Assembly (NCBI GenBank): GCA_963765205.1
Contig: CAVXVB010000009.1
Location: 1,152,001-1,216,000, forward strand
Direction of reading: 5' to 3'
Length of the DNA: 64,000 nt
Origin: an uncultured Verrucomicrobiae bacterium
Lineage (GTDB): Bacteria; Verrucomicrobiota; Verrucomicrobiia; Opitutales; JABDGR01
Positions 51,260-61,310 of this stretch are shown here, piece by piece. The position numbers and the translations under genes were made by a program. The notes under the pieces were generated by a model. That model searched no databases, had not been told where the DNA came from, and saw nothing but the letters and a program-made list of their open reading frames with translations. The stretch's first letter is position 1. Every line of letters begins with the position of its first letter.

Positions 51260-52300
51260 TTACCTGGACCGAAACCGGGAGTGCATGGCGAGGCGTTTGG
51301 CTTCCGCAAGTTTTTTGAGCGCTTCGTCCGTGCTCGTGGCGGTAATTTCCCAAACGGGCCATAGCGAAGCTGCTTTCACGAGGTGGGGCGTCGCCGCGGG
51401 ATGCCAGACGGTGCAATACAAAGTGGGGTCGGCGGCGAGTTCCCATTGCATGACCTTAATCCATTCGCGCAGTTTTTCCCGCCGGGCTGCGGGATCGTGC
51501 GTGGTCTCGGCAAACACCTGGTTCAATTTGTCATCAAGATTGCTGCCACGCCCGCCGCCGCGCCCAAAACACCAACCTTGCCGTGCCAGGGCGAAGGCAA
51601 CCCGCGCGGGGGCATGAAGGTTGATCACCACCAGGTCGGGTCCCGGCGGATTCCAAAATTTTCGCGGCAAGGCCAAGCCGAAAATATCGGAGGTTCCACG
51701 CTCCTGGCCAACGAGAAAAAATTGCGGGGCATACACCCGGTGCGCGAGCTGCAGGTCCGGGTCGCGGCCCATGATCCAGTCTAAGTAAGTTGCGCCATTA
51801 AATTTTCCGCCGCGGGCCAGCCGCCGGACAAGTTTGCGCAGGTAGGGGCCGCGCACGGCGTAACAGTGGGTGCGTTCGCAATCGGTGCAGCGGTAAACCC
51901 CCGGCTGCACGAGGGTGGGCTTGCCATGCAAATTAACATGCTGGCCGCCCAGCATGAGTTGATCCCAATCATCCGGCACGGCGCGCAAAAACTTCCGGAC
52001 CGCCGCAGGAAAGTTATCGGCAAAGCAGACGTCATCTTCGAGGATCAAAATGTTTTTCACCTGGTCGGCGAGGGCTTTGTTCAAAACCAGTTGGTGCGAT
52101 TTCAGACAGGCCCAACTGGCGGCATTGTGGGGCCACCGGGGAGGCGGACGCCGGACGTGGCCATCCACCGCCGCGAATATTTCGGGAGCTTGAAAGGGCC
52201 ACCGACAGGCGAGCAACGCGCGCCGGACCTGGGCAAGCCGGTCGGGCCGTCTTTTCAAGTTGATTAACACCACCCGGTCGAAATAGTGCCGCAAGTTCAT
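51260..52300 (-). CDS. Glycosyltransferase family 25-like protein
   Basis: INLKRRPDRL, ACLKSH, ILILEDDV, THCYAV. Confidence 0.85.
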   Translation of the reverse strand: MNLRHYFDRVVLINLKRRPDRLAQVRRALLACRWPFQAPEIFAAVDGHVRRPPPRWPHNAASWACLKSHQLVLNKALADQVKNILILEDDVCFADNFPAAVRKFLRAVPDDWDQLMLGGQHVNLHGKPTLVQPGVYRCTDCERTHCYAVRGPYLRKLVRRLARGGKFNGATYLDWIMGRDPDLQLAHRVYAPQFFLVGQERGTSDIFGLALPRKFWNPPGPDLVVINLHAPARVAFALARQGWCFGRGGGRGSNLDDKLNQVFAETTHDPAARREKLREWIKVMQWELAADPTLYCTVWHPAATPHLVKAASLWPVWEITATSTDEALKKLAEAKRLAMHSRFRSR

Positions 52301-53395
52301 GGCGAATTCCAGGGCGGGCCGCAGTCCTGCACGCCATCTATCAAACCCAGCCCATAGGCGTCCACCGCGGGCAGCGTATGCTCACCCGCTAATAATTCGT
52401 GGCACAGGACAAAGGCAAAATACCACAGGACCCGTAAATAGGGTTTGGTGGATTGCAACAGGAACACCCGTGCGGCCCTGGGATTTTCAAGACGCATCCG
52501 TTCGTAAACCGCGTGTTCGGTTTCGGCAAAAAAGTCGCCGCGGAAGGTTTTGGCCAGGTCATGCACCACCGCCGGGTGCTGGTTGTGGGTGAGGTTGTGC
52601 AGGAGAAGGAAATCCATCATCAGCTCCGCCAGGCCGTGAGCGGTTCCCGCCCGGCTGACCCAGCCGGCGTCCCGCGTCACAAAATCCAAAGCGGCTTTGC
52701 AGACGACGGCGTCCAGAGCCGCCCGATCGGCTGGGTCTTTGGGTGGCCGGCGCAATGGCAAGAGCGAGGCCACCGCGAAAATTAACCGCCAGCGGGCGAA
52801 CGTCACTTCCAGCAGTTTCCTGGACGCAGTCGCAGTCAACTGCCGGCCAACCTCCGCGAGATGGCGTTGCAAAAATTCCGCAGGTTCCGCCCGTGGGGCG
52901 CTTTCCGCCCTGCGCAGCCCGCTCCGTTCCACGATCCGGCCCAGCACCCGTTCCGCCAGCATCCAGGCCAGTCGCCGATTTTCCCGGTCCAGCCGCAGGG
53001 CCAGGGTCAGCGCCTTTTCCCGGTTGAAGGCCTGAATCTTTTTCAGGCGCGGGTATCGCACGCCGTGAAAATGCAAATGGGCGTTCTTGCGCGCATAGGC
53101 CCGGTGCCCAATGACCAGCAGGCACGCGGCCGCGCTATGCGCGCACTGGGCGAAGGTGATGATTTTCGGCACCGGCCGCGTCCGGTGGGACCGGCGCCAA
53201 CAATTGCCTGAGCCGGTAAAACGCCTCCAATTCGCCGCCGCCGCAATTGATTGAGATCACCAGGGGGTAAGCCTGCCGCTTCAGCAAAGGCCTGATTTTA
53301 GCAGCCAGCCGGATGGCCGCCGGCTTGGTCAACGGCCCATGAACCTGGATCGGCGACGGTGCGGTGATGAGGCGCTGCGGGTGGGGTTTCGGCAT
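52297..53395 (-). CDS. Atypical ClpP/crotonase-fold protease with helical insertion, apparent frameshift at ~53170
   Basis: ISINCGGGE; AHSAAA (Ser); HFHG (His); C-terminal PAVDAYGLGLIDGV. Confidence 0.65.
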
Positions 53396-53596
53396 GGAAG
53401 GCCGGAGAAAATTTATTCGCCAGACGCACACAGGATACCGCCCGCCATCCCGGGCACCAAGGCAAAAAAATCTTGCTTCCGCATCACAGTCACCGGAAGA
53501 CGCGACGGGAAAACCTTGACCGGCCGGCCCCGCTCTTGCTCTATTGGCCATGGGTTGCTTAGGGAGCGCACCGACCAGCCCCGCGCAGCCCGAACC

Positions 53597-54226
53597 ATGA
53601 ATATTTCCCGCCAGTATCGTTTCATTTTCATCCATTGCCAAAAAACCGCCGGCCGGAGCATGGATCTCTATTTGAAAAAAAACGTGCCCGATTTACGCCA
53701 AATGCTGCCCCGCCACGCTTACACCGTGGACGGCATCCAGAAACTCGGCCGCCCGCGCTGGGACAACTTTTACTCCTTTGGTTTTGTGCGCAACCCCTGG
53801 GCCCGCCTGGTCTCCTGGTATTGCATGATCATGGAAAGCCCCACGGACGAAGGGGGCAAATTTTGGCGGTATGTCCGGGACCACGCCACGACTTTTGAGG
53901 AATTCCTGACAAAATGCCAGCAGCCCGTGGTCGAAACCAAGGGAAAATTTCGTTACGCGAAAAGCCTGGTCCGCAACCAACTGGACTATTTCACGGATGA
54001 GCACGGCAAGGTCGCGGTCAATTTTATCGGGCGCTTTGAAGCGCTGGACCGGGATTTCGCCCGCGTCCAGCAGCAGCTGGGCCTGCCGCCCGGCCCGCTC
54101 CCGAAAGTTAATGTCGGGCGCCCGAAAGACTACCAAAGCTTTTACACTCGGCGGACGCGGGCGCTGGTAGCCAAGCGATTCCAACGCGACATTGATTTTT
54201 TTGGATACACCTTTGATGACGCTTGA
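53597..54226 (+). CDS. Sulfotransferase family 2 protein
   Basis: FIHCQKTAGRS (5'-PSB), FVRNPWARLVSWY (3'-PB), IGRFE, DIDFFGY. Confidence 0.88.
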   Translation: MNISRQYRFIFIHCQKTAGRSMDLYLKKNVPDLRQMLPRHAYTVDGIQKLGRPRWDNFYSFGFVRNPWARLVSWYCMIMESPTDEGGKFWRYVRDHATTFEEFLTKCQQPVVETKGKFRYAKSLVRNQLDYFTDEHGKVAVNFIGRFEALDRDFARVQQQLGLPPGPLPKVNVGRPKDYQSFYTRRTRALVAKRFQRDIDFFGYTFDDA

Positions 54227-54251
54227 AGGCCGCCGAAATTCTTTTTTGATC

Positions 54252-54893
54252 ATGCTCGCCTGGAAGCCAACGCCCTTCATCTTCATCCACATTCCCCGGT
54301 GTGGCGGGACCAGCGTGGAGCAGGCGCTCATCCCGCGAACCACGCTGGCGCAGTCCTGGCAGGAACTCTCCCGGGTGGAGCGGTCGCGGCACTGGCTCCA
54401 TGGGAGCCGCGGCCGGCAGCACTCGAAACTGTTGGAGATGGCGAAGTATCTCCGTCTGGGCGAGTATTTCAAATTCACTTTTGTGCGCAATCCCTGGGCC
54501 CGGGCTGTGTCGCAAATTGAATTTCTGCGCGCCGGCAGCGCCCGCACGCTGTTGCCCGGCCAGACCTTCAAGGAAAACCTCCGCATTTATTGTGCAAGCA
54601 AGCAATGCCGGTATGGCCACGATCTGGCCGCCTGCCAATTTGAGTATTTGCAGGATAATAAAGGCGGCTTGTGCATGGACTTTGTGGGGCGGTTTGAGTT
54701 GTTGGAAAGTGATTTTCGCAAGGCCTGCCGCATCATCGGCCTGCGGCCCATTCCGGCGTTGCCGCACACCAACAATTCCCACCGGCGGCGGCACTACAGC
54801 ACTTATTACGACGAGGAGTCGGCGGAATGGATTCGCGAGCGTTTTGCGAAGGATATCGAGCATTTCGGATATAAATTCAGAAAGGAATCTTAA
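54252..54893 (+). CDS. Sulfotransferase family 2 protein
   Basis: FIHIPRCGGTS, FVRNPWARAVS, VGRFE, DIEHFGY. Confidence 0.88.
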   Translation: MLAWKPTPFIFIHIPRCGGTSVEQALIPRTTLAQSWQELSRVERSRHWLHGSRGRQHSKLLEMAKYLRLGEYFKFTFVRNPWARAVSQIEFLRAGSARTLLPGQTFKENLRIYCASKQCRYGHDLAACQFEYLQDNKGGLCMDFVGRFELLESDFRKACRIIGLRPIPALPHTNNSHRRRHYSTYYDEESAEWIRERFAKDIEHFGYKFRKES

Positions 54894-55017
54894 CACCGTC
54901 CAAACAACAACCGCGAATCGCCCAAAACCTTGCATAAATGAGCCGCCCTGCCTATATCTTTGACAAAGCCACCCACCGGCCTCACCTTGCCTGCGTCCCG
55001 GCTGGGGCCGGGCCGTC

Positions 55018-55890
55018 ATGATCTACCTTCTGGGCGGTGCGGGATATGTTGGCCAGGCGTATCAAAAATTGCTGCGCGAAAAAGGCGTGCCCTTCGCCAG
55101 CCTCACCCGCGCCGAAGTGGACTACACCCAACCCGCCGTCCTGCTCGCCGCCCTGCGCGCCGGCCGCCCGGAATTTCTCATCAACGCCGCCGGCTTCACC
55201 GGCCAGCCGACCGTGGACGCCTGCGAGCTGCACAAGACGGAGTGCCTGGCCGCCAACGCCGTGCTACCGGGGCGCATCGCGGAGGCCTGTGCGGCGGCGG
55301 GTATTCCGTGGGCGCATATTTCCTCCGGGTGTATTTATGCGGGCGCGCGCCCGGATGGCGCGGGCTTTACCGAGGAAGACATGCCCAACTTCACTTTCCG
55401 GGCCGGTCCGTGCTCGTTCTATAGTGGAACCAAGGCCCTGGGCGAAGAAGTGTTGGCCGGCCAGCCCAACATTTATATATGGCGCCTGCGGATGCCGTTT
55501 GACCAGCTCGACCATCCGCGCAATTATCTGAGCAAACTCATGCGCTATTCCCGGCTGCTGTCCGTGACGAACTCGCTGTCTGAACGACAGGAATTTGCCG
55601 CCGCCACCTGGGCCTGTTGGGAACGGCGCCTGCCCTTCGGCACTTATAACGTTACCAATCCCGGCCGTGTAACCACTCCGGAAGTCGTCGAGCTGATCCA
55701 GCGCAGCGGTGTCTGCCCGAAGGAGTTTGCTTATTTCGACAGCGAGGAGGAGTTCAGGCGGGTCGCGGCCAAAACACCCCGCTCGCATTGTGTGCTCGAT
55801 TCCTCGAAACTGGCTCGCGCCGGCATCCGATTGACGGAAGTTCACGAAGCCATCGCGCGCGACCTGCGCCAATGGCAAAAGGCAGCCTGA
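55018..55890 (+). CDS. RmlD-family NDP-sugar reductase, resembling bifunctional NRS/ER 3,5-epimerase/4-reductase
   Basis: GGAGYVG, NAAGFTGQPTVDACE, FTEEDMPNF...SFYSGTK, RLRMP, PRNYLSK. Confidence 0.8.
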   Translation: MIYLLGGAGYVGQAYQKLLREKGVPFASLTRAEVDYTQPAVLLAALRAGRPEFLINAAGFTGQPTVDACELHKTECLAANAVLPGRIAEACAAAGIPWAHISSGCIYAGARPDGAGFTEEDMPNFTFRAGPCSFYSGTKALGEEVLAGQPNIYIWRLRMPFDQLDHPRNYLSKLMRYSRLLSVTNSLSERQEFAAATWACWERRLPFGTYNVTNPGRVTTPEVVELIQRSGVCPKEFAYFDSEEEFRRVAAKTPRSHCVLDSSKLARAGIRLTEVHEAIARDLRQWQKAA

Positions 55891-55903
55891 CCATCCTGCG
55901 ACC

Positions 55904-56980
55904 ATGAACCTGCTTGTCACCGGCGGCTGCGGCTTTATCGGCAGCAACTTTATCCGCCAGCGCCTGGCGGAGAAAGATTCGTCGTTACAACGGTTAGTGA
56001 ACCTCGACCTGCTCACTTACGCCGGCAACCTAGCCAACCTGGCCGATGTGGCTGCCGACCCGCGCTATGTTTTTGTCCATGGCGATATTGGCGATAGTGC
56101 GCTGGTGGGGGAATTGCTGAAGCAGCAGCGTATCAAAGCCATCGTCCAATTTGCCGCCGAGTCGCATGTGGATCGTTCCATTGATTCGCCCGAGCCGTTT
56201 GCGCAGACCAACGTGCTGGGGTCGTTGCGCCTGCTCGACGCGGCCAGGAGCTATTGGCGCGGTCTCGGTGAAGCGGAAAAAAAATCGTTTCGCTTCCTCC
56301 ACATTTCAACCGATGAAGTGTTTGGCGATTTGCCGGAAGGCAGCCTGCCCGCCACGGAAGCATCGCCCTACGCGCCCAATTCACCCTACGCCGCCTCGAA
56401 AGCCGCCAGCGACCACCTTGTGCGCGCGTATGGGCGAACCTACCAATTGCCCGTGCTCACGATTAATTCGACCAACAATTTTGGCCCGTTTCAATTTCCG
56501 GAAAAACTCATTCCGCTGGTCATCCTCAACGCGCTCGAAAACAAGCCCATTCCGGTTTATGGCGACGGCCAGCAGGTGCGCGACTGGATTTATGTCGAGG
56601 ATCATTGCGCCGCCATCTGGCGCGTGTTGCGCGAGGGTAAAATTGGCGAAACTTACAATGTCAGCGCGGGCCAGACACTCGCCAATCTGAACGTAGTCCG
56701 CCAGGTTTGCGCGCTGCTTGACGCCCGCGCCCCGCGCAAGGACGGCCGGAGTTATTTCAAGCAAATCACCTTTGTCGCCGACCGGCCCGGCCACGACCGC
56801 CGCTACGCCCTGGACGCCGCTAAAATCCGCCGCGCACTCGGTTGGGCGCCGGTCGAATCGTTCGCCACCGGCCTCGCCAAGACTGTCGAGTGGTATTTGA
56901 CGAACCGCCCCTGGTGCGATGAAATCACCCAGCGCAAATACGCGCGTGCGCGTCTGGGCGCGCCCCCCTCCTCCCCATGA
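55904..56980 (+). CDS. rfbB: dTDP-glucose 4,6-dehydratase
   Basis: [40 protein letters not shown]. Confidence 0.95.
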   Translation: MNLLVTGGCGFIGSNFIRQRLAEKDSSLQRLVNLDLLTYAGNLANLADVAADPRYVFVHGDIGDSALVGELLKQQRIKAIVQFAAESHVDRSIDSPEPFAQTNVLGSLRLLDAARSYWRGLGEAEKKSFRFLHISTDEVFGDLPEGSLPATEASPYAPNSPYAASKAASDHLVRAYGRTYQLPVLTINSTNNFGPFQFPEKLIPLVILNALENKPIPVYGDGQQVRDWIYVEDHCAAIWRVLREGKIGETYNVSAGQTLANLNVVRQVCALLDARAPRKDGRSYFKQITFVADRPGHDRRYALDAAKIRRALGWAPVESFATGLAKTVEWYLTNRPWCDEITQRKYARARLGAPPSSP

Positions 56981-57855
56981 AGCGCAAAGGCATCATCCTC
57001 GCCGGCGGCTCCGGCACCCGCTTGTTTCCGCTCACCCAGGCGGTTTCCAAGCAACTCATGCCTGTCTATGACAAGCCGATGATTTATTACCCGCTCTCGG
57101 TGCTCATGCTGGCCGGCATTCGGGAAATTCTCGTCATCACGACCCCGGCCGACCGACTACTCTTCGAGCGCCTGCTGGGTGACGGCGGGCAATTCGGCCT
57201 CCGGCTTAGTTACGCGGAGCAACCCGAGCCCGGAGGCCTGGCGCAGGCTTTCCTCATCGGGGCGGATTTTCTTGGCGCGGCCCCGTCCGCGCTCATCCTC
57301 GGCGACAATCTCTTCTACGGCCACGATTTCGTGAAATCGCTGCGGGCCGCCGACACCAATGCCCGCGGTGCAACCATCTTTGGCTACCACGTCGCCAACC
57401 CCTCCGCCTATGGCGTCGTCGAGTTCGGCGCCAACGGCGCGGTGCGATCCCTCGATGAAAAGCCCACCCAGCCGAAATCCCAATATGCCGTCCCCGGGCT
57501 GTATTTTTATGACCGCGACGCCGTCCGCCTCGCCCGCCAATTAAAACCGTCTAAACGCGGCGAACTCGAAATCACCGACTTGAACCGGCTGTATCTGGAG
57601 CGGGGAAAATTGCGGGTCGAGTTGCTGGGGCGGGGCACCGCGTGGCTCGACACCGGCACGCCCGACTCCCTGCTCGACGCCGCGCAATTCGTCCAAGTCC
57701 TCGAACAGCGCCAGGGCCTGAAGATCGCCTGCCTGGAGGAAATCGCCTTCCGCCAAAAATGGATCACCCGCGCCCAGTTGGAACAGCAAATCACCCGCCA
57801 CGGCCACTCTGCCTATGGTGGCTATTTGCGCGGGTTGCTCGATACATCACGCTGA
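56977..57855 (+). CDS. rfbA: Glucose-1-phosphate thymidylyltransferase
   Basis: [42 protein letters not shown]. Confidence 0.96.
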   Translation: MKRKGIILAGGSGTRLFPLTQAVSKQLMPVYDKPMIYYPLSVLMLAGIREILVITTPADRLLFERLLGDGGQFGLRLSYAEQPEPGGLAQAFLIGADFLGAAPSALILGDNLFYGHDFVKSLRAADTNARGATIFGYHVANPSAYGVVEFGANGAVRSLDEKPTQPKSQYAVPGLYFYDRDAVRLARQLKPSKRGELEITDLNRLYLERGKLRVELLGRGTAWLDTGTPDSLLDAAQFVQVLEQRQGLKIACLEEIAFRQKWITRAQLEQQITRHGHSAYGGYLRGLLDTSR

Positions 57856-58493
57856 ATTAGCTGCCCCGTCTTCAGCAGCCGGTTGCGCAGGGGCTGATAG
57901 GGCAAATCCAGAAACTTCAGGATTTTCCGGGCGTATTTTTTCGGTAGTTCATTCACCTGCGCGTTGCCGGTCAGTTCCTCGTAGCGGAGGGTAAGCAGGT
58001 CGGGGTGCGCGGCGAGGAGCCTGGTGTGTTTTTGCTGCTCGACGATAATTTTGCGCAAGCGGTCCGGATTGACCTCGAAGGGGCGGTTGGGGGGCGGGAC
58101 ATCGCCGAGTTGATAATGCGCCTTGCACTGCGCGCCGTAAAACTTCCGGTTGGCGCGGCGCTGGCCGCAACTGCGCGCGACCTGCTCCGGGTCGCGCAGC
58201 AAGTGGATGGTTTTGAAATTGAAAATCGAGCCGCACAGTTGCTCGAATGTTTCGATTTGGGAATACATCACGATGGCGGTGTTGAGCAAGCCGGGCCGGT
58301 TGGCGAAGATGCCGTCGCGCCGGTGCCGGGTGCACAGTGCGCGGTTGCCGGCGTGTAATTGATAGCGATGCACGCATTCGCCTCGCCCGTGGACGAGGGG
58401 ATGGCTGCCGAGGGACGCCTCCAAAAAATGCGTGCCACTGCGCTGGTAGCTCACAATGAGGACATCGGGCGGGTCAAAAATTTTTGACGGCAT
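57822..58493 (-). CDS. Sulfotransferase (Stf0-like P-loop family)
   Basis: [17 protein letters not shown]...S, LRYEEL. Confidence 0.75.
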   Translation of the reverse strand: MPSKIFDPPDVLIVSYQRSGTHFLEASLGSHPLVHGRGECVHRYQLHAGNRALCTRHRRDGIFANRPGLLNTAIVMYSQIETFEQLCGSIFNFKTIHLLRDPEQVARSCGQRRANRKFYGAQCKAHYQLGDVPPPNRPFEVNPDRLRKIIVEQQKHTRLLAAHPDLLTLRYEELTGNAQVNELPKKYARKILKFLDLPYQPLRNRLLKTGQLIQRDVSSNPRK

Positions 58494-58604
58494 TTTGAAT
58501 TTAGGAGCAACGCGAAGTTAGGCTGGCGGCGGCGGGAAGGCAAGTCCGCGCCGAGTAAAATCGAAATTGACAGGGGACAACCTCGTGCGCAATGTGGGCG
58601 CATC

Positions 58605-58997
58605 GTGCGTGCCTGGTTCCAACGCGGGTTTGCCCTTCTGCTCATCATGGCGGTGGCCGTGGCGGGGAACTTGCATTTGCCCTTGGTGCAGGCGGTGGCG
58701 TGGGCGCGGATGTATGCCCAATATCGCGAAGTTTACAATGCAGAGACGTCGCGGCACCTTACTTTCAGCGGGCAATATCCCTGCTCCTTATGCAAATTAG
58801 TGGCGGGGGCGGAAAAAGACCGCGATAGCATGGCGGGCACGGCGGTTTCCAGCCTCCGCGTTCTGCTGCCTTTCCCGCAGCCGGTCAATTTGGTGGTGCA
58901 ACCCACAGAAATTCAGAATGGCGGGTGGACTGAACCAGTGGCGTTTATCGCAAGCGCGACGGCCCAGCCGGAATTGCCGCCTCCGCGGTGGGCCTAA
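58605..58997 (+). CDS. DUF2946-like small CxxC protein
   Basis: TM helix, TFSGQYPCSLCK, C-terminal PELPPPR; upstream of an outer-membrane protein. Confidence 0.6.
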   Translation: MRAWFQRGFALLLIMAVAVAGNLHLPLVQAVAWARMYAQYREVYNAETSRHLTFSGQYPCSLCKLVAGAEKDRDSMAGTAVSSLRVLLPFPQPVNLVVQPTEIQNGGWTEPVAFIASATAQPELPPPRWA

Positions 58998-59168
58998 ACT
59001 CGTCCCGGAGGTTTCCGGGAGATTTATCATGATCGGGCGGCGGGCGCGTGAGTTCCAAGCGGTGAGCCCGCGGCCCTTGGTGGGCGTGTCCTGTGGATGC
59101 GCCAGTTTCCGTTAAAGTAATCGGCTGCGGGTTTCTGTTGGAATCGCGGCCCAGTTAATTCAAATGTC

Positions 59169-60170
59169 ATGAAAAAATATCTTATTCCCGTATCCTTGTT
59201 TGTTCTTTCCGCGGCGTCCCTGTGGGCCTGCGATTCATGTGGTTGTGAGTTTTGCGACCCGGGTGGGTTGTTTTCCGACGTGGTGTTTACCAAGGGCGCC
59301 GCCGGCACCGGCCCCGAACCGCAGTCCTACTTCTTTATGAATCTCGTGCAGCAGTATACCGACTACGGCACGTTGAAGAACGTGCCCGCCGGCGTTTCGA
59401 CCAATCAATGGGAAAATAGTTTCATCACGCAGTTCATCTTTGGCTATCAAATCAATCCGGATTTGAATGTGCAGTTGAACGTGCCCTACATCTACCGTTC
59501 CTACCAGATTGAAACGTTGAACAACACGTTGTTTAGCGGCGAAGTCAACGGCCTGGGCGACATCCGATTGATCGTCAATTACACCGCCTTCGAGAAGGAA
59601 ACGGCTGACTCGGACTTTAGCTGGCGCGTGTCCGGCGGAATCAAGCTGCCCACCGGCGATGACCATCTGCTGGCGCAGGAAGACCCCAACGCCGCGGCTT
59701 CCAACTTGAACGGGCCGGCCGCCGCTTCCGGTGGGCACGACCTGGCGCTGGGCAGCGGCTCGGTGGACGGAATCCTGGCCACCGGCATTGACTACGACTG
59801 GCAGCGGCTCCTCTTCACGGCTGACGTGGACTACACCATTCGCAGCCAAGGCTACGCCGGCTACCGCTACTCGAACGAACTGGGTTGGAGTGCTGGACCA
59901 GGCTACCGCGTTTGGCGGGACGATGCGCACGACTTGGCCCTGCAACTCCTGGCCGAGGGCGAATACAAGGCCGCCGACACTGTTCAAGGCAGCGGCACCA
60001 GCGACACCTTCGTTTCCTTGGTCGAGGTGGGGCCGAACGTGATCTTTGAGTGGAATAAAGTCCTCGCCGCGCACGTCCAGGCGGAAATTCCCGTCATGCT
60101 GCACTACGACGACGGATTTCAAGCCGTCCCGACATTCCGGCTCAAGGCCAGCGTCACGTTCAGCCTGTGA
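59169..60170 (+). CDS. Outer-membrane beta-barrel transporter-like protein with N-terminal Cys motif
   Basis: Signal peptide then CDSCGC; NGLGDI, GIKLPTG, LGSGSVD. Confidence 0.7.
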   Translation: MKKYLIPVSLFVLSAASLWACDSCGCEFCDPGGLFSDVVFTKGAAGTGPEPQSYFFMNLVQQYTDYGTLKNVPAGVSTNQWENSFITQFIFGYQINPDLNVQLNVPYIYRSYQIETLNNTLFSGEVNGLGDIRLIVNYTAFEKETADSDFSWRVSGGIKLPTGDDHLLAQEDPNAAASNLNGPAAASGGHDLALGSGSVDGILATGIDYDWQRLLFTADVDYTIRSQGYAGYRYSNELGWSAGPGYRVWRDDAHDLALQLLAEGEYKAADTVQGSGTSDTFVSLVEVGPNVIFEWNKVLAAHVQAEIPVMLHYDDGFQAVPTFRLKASVTFSL

Positions 60171-60234
60171 GGAATAGCGAAATACGCTTGAAAAGCCGGC
60201 CTGGGCGCGTTGTAGTGGCGCCTAGGCTGGTGAT

Positions 60235-60306
60235 GGTGCGGTAGCCAAGTGGTAAGGCCGGAGTCTGCAAAACTCCCACACGTCGGTTCGATTCCGACCC
60301 GCACCT
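60235..60306 (+). tRNA. tRNA-Cys (GCA)
   Basis: GGTGCGG/CCGCACC acceptor stem, D-loop AAGTGGTAA, anticodon loop CTGCAAA, T-loop GTTCGATTC; CCA not encoded. Confidence 0.95.
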
Positions 60307-60488
60307 CCCTTTTTTTACCCGCGCACGGAACTTATAAACGGCGGCCAGCGAGGATTAGGGTAAAATGCCGGAAGTGAAAATGAAGGTTGCCTTTGGCGTT
60401 GATTGCGTAATGATGACGGGGCTAGACGAGGCGTGGCGGTCGGTCGCCCAAATTTGGGCGCGCCGATGCTATCCCACGCTTCCCAGCA

Positions 60489-61232
60489 ATGAAATTTTTG
60501 CCTTCCGCCGCTGGCTTGCGCCGCTACTTCTGCGCCATCGCCGTCATGGCATTGTGCGGTGGGTTGGTGTTGCTGACGACCATGCGGGCGACCGATTCCC
60601 CCGTCAGTCCAGACACCCCGGTTAACGCAACTGCTCCGATTAGTGCAACTGCTCCGGTTAGGGCGGATGCTCCGACCAAGGCGGATGGACCGACCAAGAC
60701 CGAGGCTCCAACCAAGGCAGACGCTCCGACCAGGGCGGATGGGCCGCCCAAAACAGAGGCCACAGCTCAAGCCGCCCCCTCGACCAAGGAGGATTGCAAG
60801 ATCATCGACCGCAAGAACTTCACCCTCAAATACCCGACTGGCTGGAAGGAGGCCACCGACGACCCGGACTATAATGCGGAAAGCCATTTCACGATCAACG
60901 GCCCGGGCAAAAAAAACAGCTATGTGACCTTCGAGATTGTGGACAAAACCGACGACACCACCAAATTGCTGGGTTCGACCATTCAAAACCTCGACGGCTC
61001 CGCCATCGAGGCGGAGACAAAGACGACGCTGGATGCGTGGGGCCAGTTCAAGGGCACCGGCATGGACCTCAAGGGCAAAATTCTGGACACCTATCCCGGC
61101 GGCATCAAGGTTTTCATCTTCAGCAGCGACCACCACAATATCATTGTGACCGAGTGTTATTGGTCCGCCGAATTAAAAGACCTCCAGGCGGACTTGGATT
61201 ACATCCGGCAGAATTTCGTGATGAAGAACTGA
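60489..61232 (+). CDS. Exported hypothetical protein with 6-aa repeats and a PsbP-like domain
   Basis: Signal peptide; (A/T)(D/E)(A/G)PT(K/R) repeats; FTLKYPTGWKE. Confidence 0.65.
   Translation: MKFLPSAAGLRRYFCAIAVMALCGGLVLLTTMRATDSPVSPDTPVNATAPISATAPVRADAPTKADGPTKTEAPTKADAPTRADGPPKTEATAQAAPSTKEDCKIIDRKNFTLKYPTGWKEATDDPDYNAESHFTINGPGKKNSYVTFEIVDKTDDTTKLLGSTIQNLDGSAIEAETKTTLDAWGQFKGTGMDLKGKILDTYPGGIKVFIFSSDHHNIIVTECYWSAELKDLQADLDYIRQNFVMKN
60627..60762 (+). repeat. Degenerate 18-bp coding tandem repeat
   Basis: gcggatgctccgaccaag / gcggatggaccgaccaag / gcagacgctccgaccagg and similar units. Confidence 0.8.
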
Positions 61233-61310
61233 CCGCGCTTACTCCCCGCGCGCCCGCGCCGACCAGCCTAATTCCGGCCCCAACACCATTTTTTGCCCGA
61301 CTGCGCATCC

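Noticed and set aside
60627..60762. Periodic repeats as a CRISPR array
   Set aside because: Units are 18 bp, in frame, contiguous without spacers, and there are no cas genes.
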